In this document: piece by piece, positions 62,558-64,000 of the stretch
How the letters are laid out: each line of letters starts with the position of its first letter
How positions within the stretch are numbered: position 1 is the first letter of the stretch
Origin: Chlorokybus atmophyticus
Taxonomy: Eukaryota > Plantae > Mesostigma and Chlorokybus algae
Assembly: GCA_009103225.1 (NCBI GenBank)
Contig: RHPI01003369.1
Coordinates: 441,500-505,499 of the forward strand
DNA: 64,000 nt
Reading direction: 5' to 3'
The notes under the pieces: generated by a model
The model's input: only the letters and a program-made list of their open reading frames with translations
What the model was told of the DNA's origin: nothing
Database searches by the model: none
Made by a program: the position numbers and the translations under genes

Positions 62558-62573
62558 TCGACGGGGGTGAGCG

Positions 62574-62998
62574 TGTTGAAGGACTAGCATGCACATGTAG
62601 CTGAGGCAAGCATAGACACACAGAGACAGAGCTACCGCCACCAGAGCATACACAAGTCACATCACATTCATCTATTACAAGTTGTCCGCTGGTTTTTATA
62701 CCAACCAATTACACACACGTCTACGTTTGCAAGCACTGCGTAAGCTATACTTAGCCTTTTGACGCGCTCTAAGCTGCGTTGTCTTTCTTACAACTAGAGC
62801 TTTCCAGCAAGCTCTTACACGCCTAATATAAGTAGGTATACGCGGAGATACAAAGCATTTAGTAAGGCTCCAGTCTGGAATCCGGAGTCTAGTCCGACGA
62901 CGCCATCTTGCTAAGTCCGGACCTAGTGCTCGTCCTTACGACCTTCTACTCCTGTGTGGAGGGTCGATGCTGATCGTATGTAGGAATGACTCTCAACA
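62574..62998. mobile_element. Copia-family solo LTR (425 bp)
   Basis: TGTTGA...TCAACA, TSD GAGCG. Shares blocks with the LTRs of 60047-62557. Confidence 0.9.
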
Positions 62999-64000
62999 GA
63001 GCGCTGGCATCTCCTCTATTTCTGGCATTGTTGGGGCCGATCCTGTAATGGTGTCTCGTTCCGAACGTAATGCAGCTACGGCAAACATGGTGGCCACCTG
63101 TGGTGGTGGTGCCACTGGACCCAGCTCATGGCGGGCACCGCTGGCGTCGTTGGTGGAGAGGTGGGGGTTACGGCTGAGGCCGTCTGCGTCTTTTTTGACC
63201 AGGCCCGCCCGGTGTGTGATCTCAAAGTCGTATTCCTGTAGCAACAGGGCCCACCTGGCCAACTTGCCCGTAAGGTGCTGGTTGGTTATAAGCCAGCGCA
63301 GCGGTTGGTGGTCTGTGATCAGTGAGAACTGACTTCCGAACAGAAAAGGTCTAAAGAGGAAGATGGCCCATACTGCAGCAAGGCATTTGCCTTCATAACT
63401 GTTGTAGTTGGCCTAAGCGCTGTGGTTGCTGCGACTGGCGTAGGACACCACCCGTTCCCTCTTGTTATCGAGTCGAGATAAACTAATACAGCACTCATGC
63501 CGAGCTTGCTCCAGTCGGTGTGGAGAACAAAGGGCTTGGTGTAGTCTGGCCGCTGTAAAATGGGGGCTGATGTGAGCCTTTACTTCAGCTTTTCAACAGC
63601 CTATTGCTGGGCCTCCTTCCAGCTCCACTCTGTCTCTTCTTAAGAAGTTCGTTAAGGGGGCGCGCCACCTTGGCAAAGTCTTTACCGAACCTCCTGTGGT
63701 AGTTGGCGAGGCCAAGGAAGGCACGCAGTCGAGTCAGGTCTGTCGGGGCTGGGATAGATGCCAAAGCCTCCACCTTGGCCTGCTGAACGTACACGCCGTT
63801 GGGCACGATCATGTGGCCGAGGTAGGGGACCTTGTGGGTAAAGAAAGTGCACTTGTCGGGGTGCACAGTCATCCCTACTGCCTGAACTCTCCTTATCACC
63901 TCTTCGATGTGGAGGAGATGCTCCTCTGCCGTGTGGCTGAAGATTAGGATGTCGTCGATGTAGCACCGCGCGAAGGAGCATCCCTTAAACGCCTTGTCCA

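Larger units (their letters stand above)
58587..64000 (-). mobile_element. Second, more decayed member of the DNMT/PHD gypsy family (RT-RH-INT, PHD remnant, PPT, B-type repeat 58587-58829); runs off the window
   Basis: THKVPYLGHMIVP, ALLLQEYDFEI, LHPLPIAGMFYRWGLDILGD closely match 21029-23539. TGGTGAGGACTGCCGC resembles the PHD end WCDDCR. The 243-bp repeat ends CCCGACA like B. Confidence 0.85.

Overview
Eukaryotic genomic DNA with spliceosomal introns, most likely from a flagellated chlorophyte green alga (inferred from an LF4/MOK-like kinase, a CLAMP/C1a-32-like flagellar protein, a plastid HAD phosphatase and TTAGGG repeats). Host genes: an LF4/MOK kinase (1445-3526), RPSA (5709-7441), three near-identical LEA-like paralogues (10240-10859, 38756-39376, 45396-45980), a CLAMP-family gene, a caleosin and a PyrP2-like HAD phosphatase. 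About half of the window is nested retrotransposons. The main element is a minus-strand Ty3/gypsy-type retrotransposon at 19340-36007. With a nested copia and a solo LTR removed by hand, its polyprotein reads Gag - unknown ~650 aa region - protease - C5 cytosine DNA methyltransferase - RT - RNase H - DDE integrase - PHD finger. Its ends are not ordinary LTRs. They form split direct repeats A-[ORFs]-B-GC-A-B with TGTC...GACA termini and a 4-bp TSD, and the primer-binding site is complementary to the element's own predicted transcript 5' end (Tf1-like self-priming). A second, decayed member of the family runs off the right edge. All calls were made by eye, with no database searches, and approximate boundaries are flagged.
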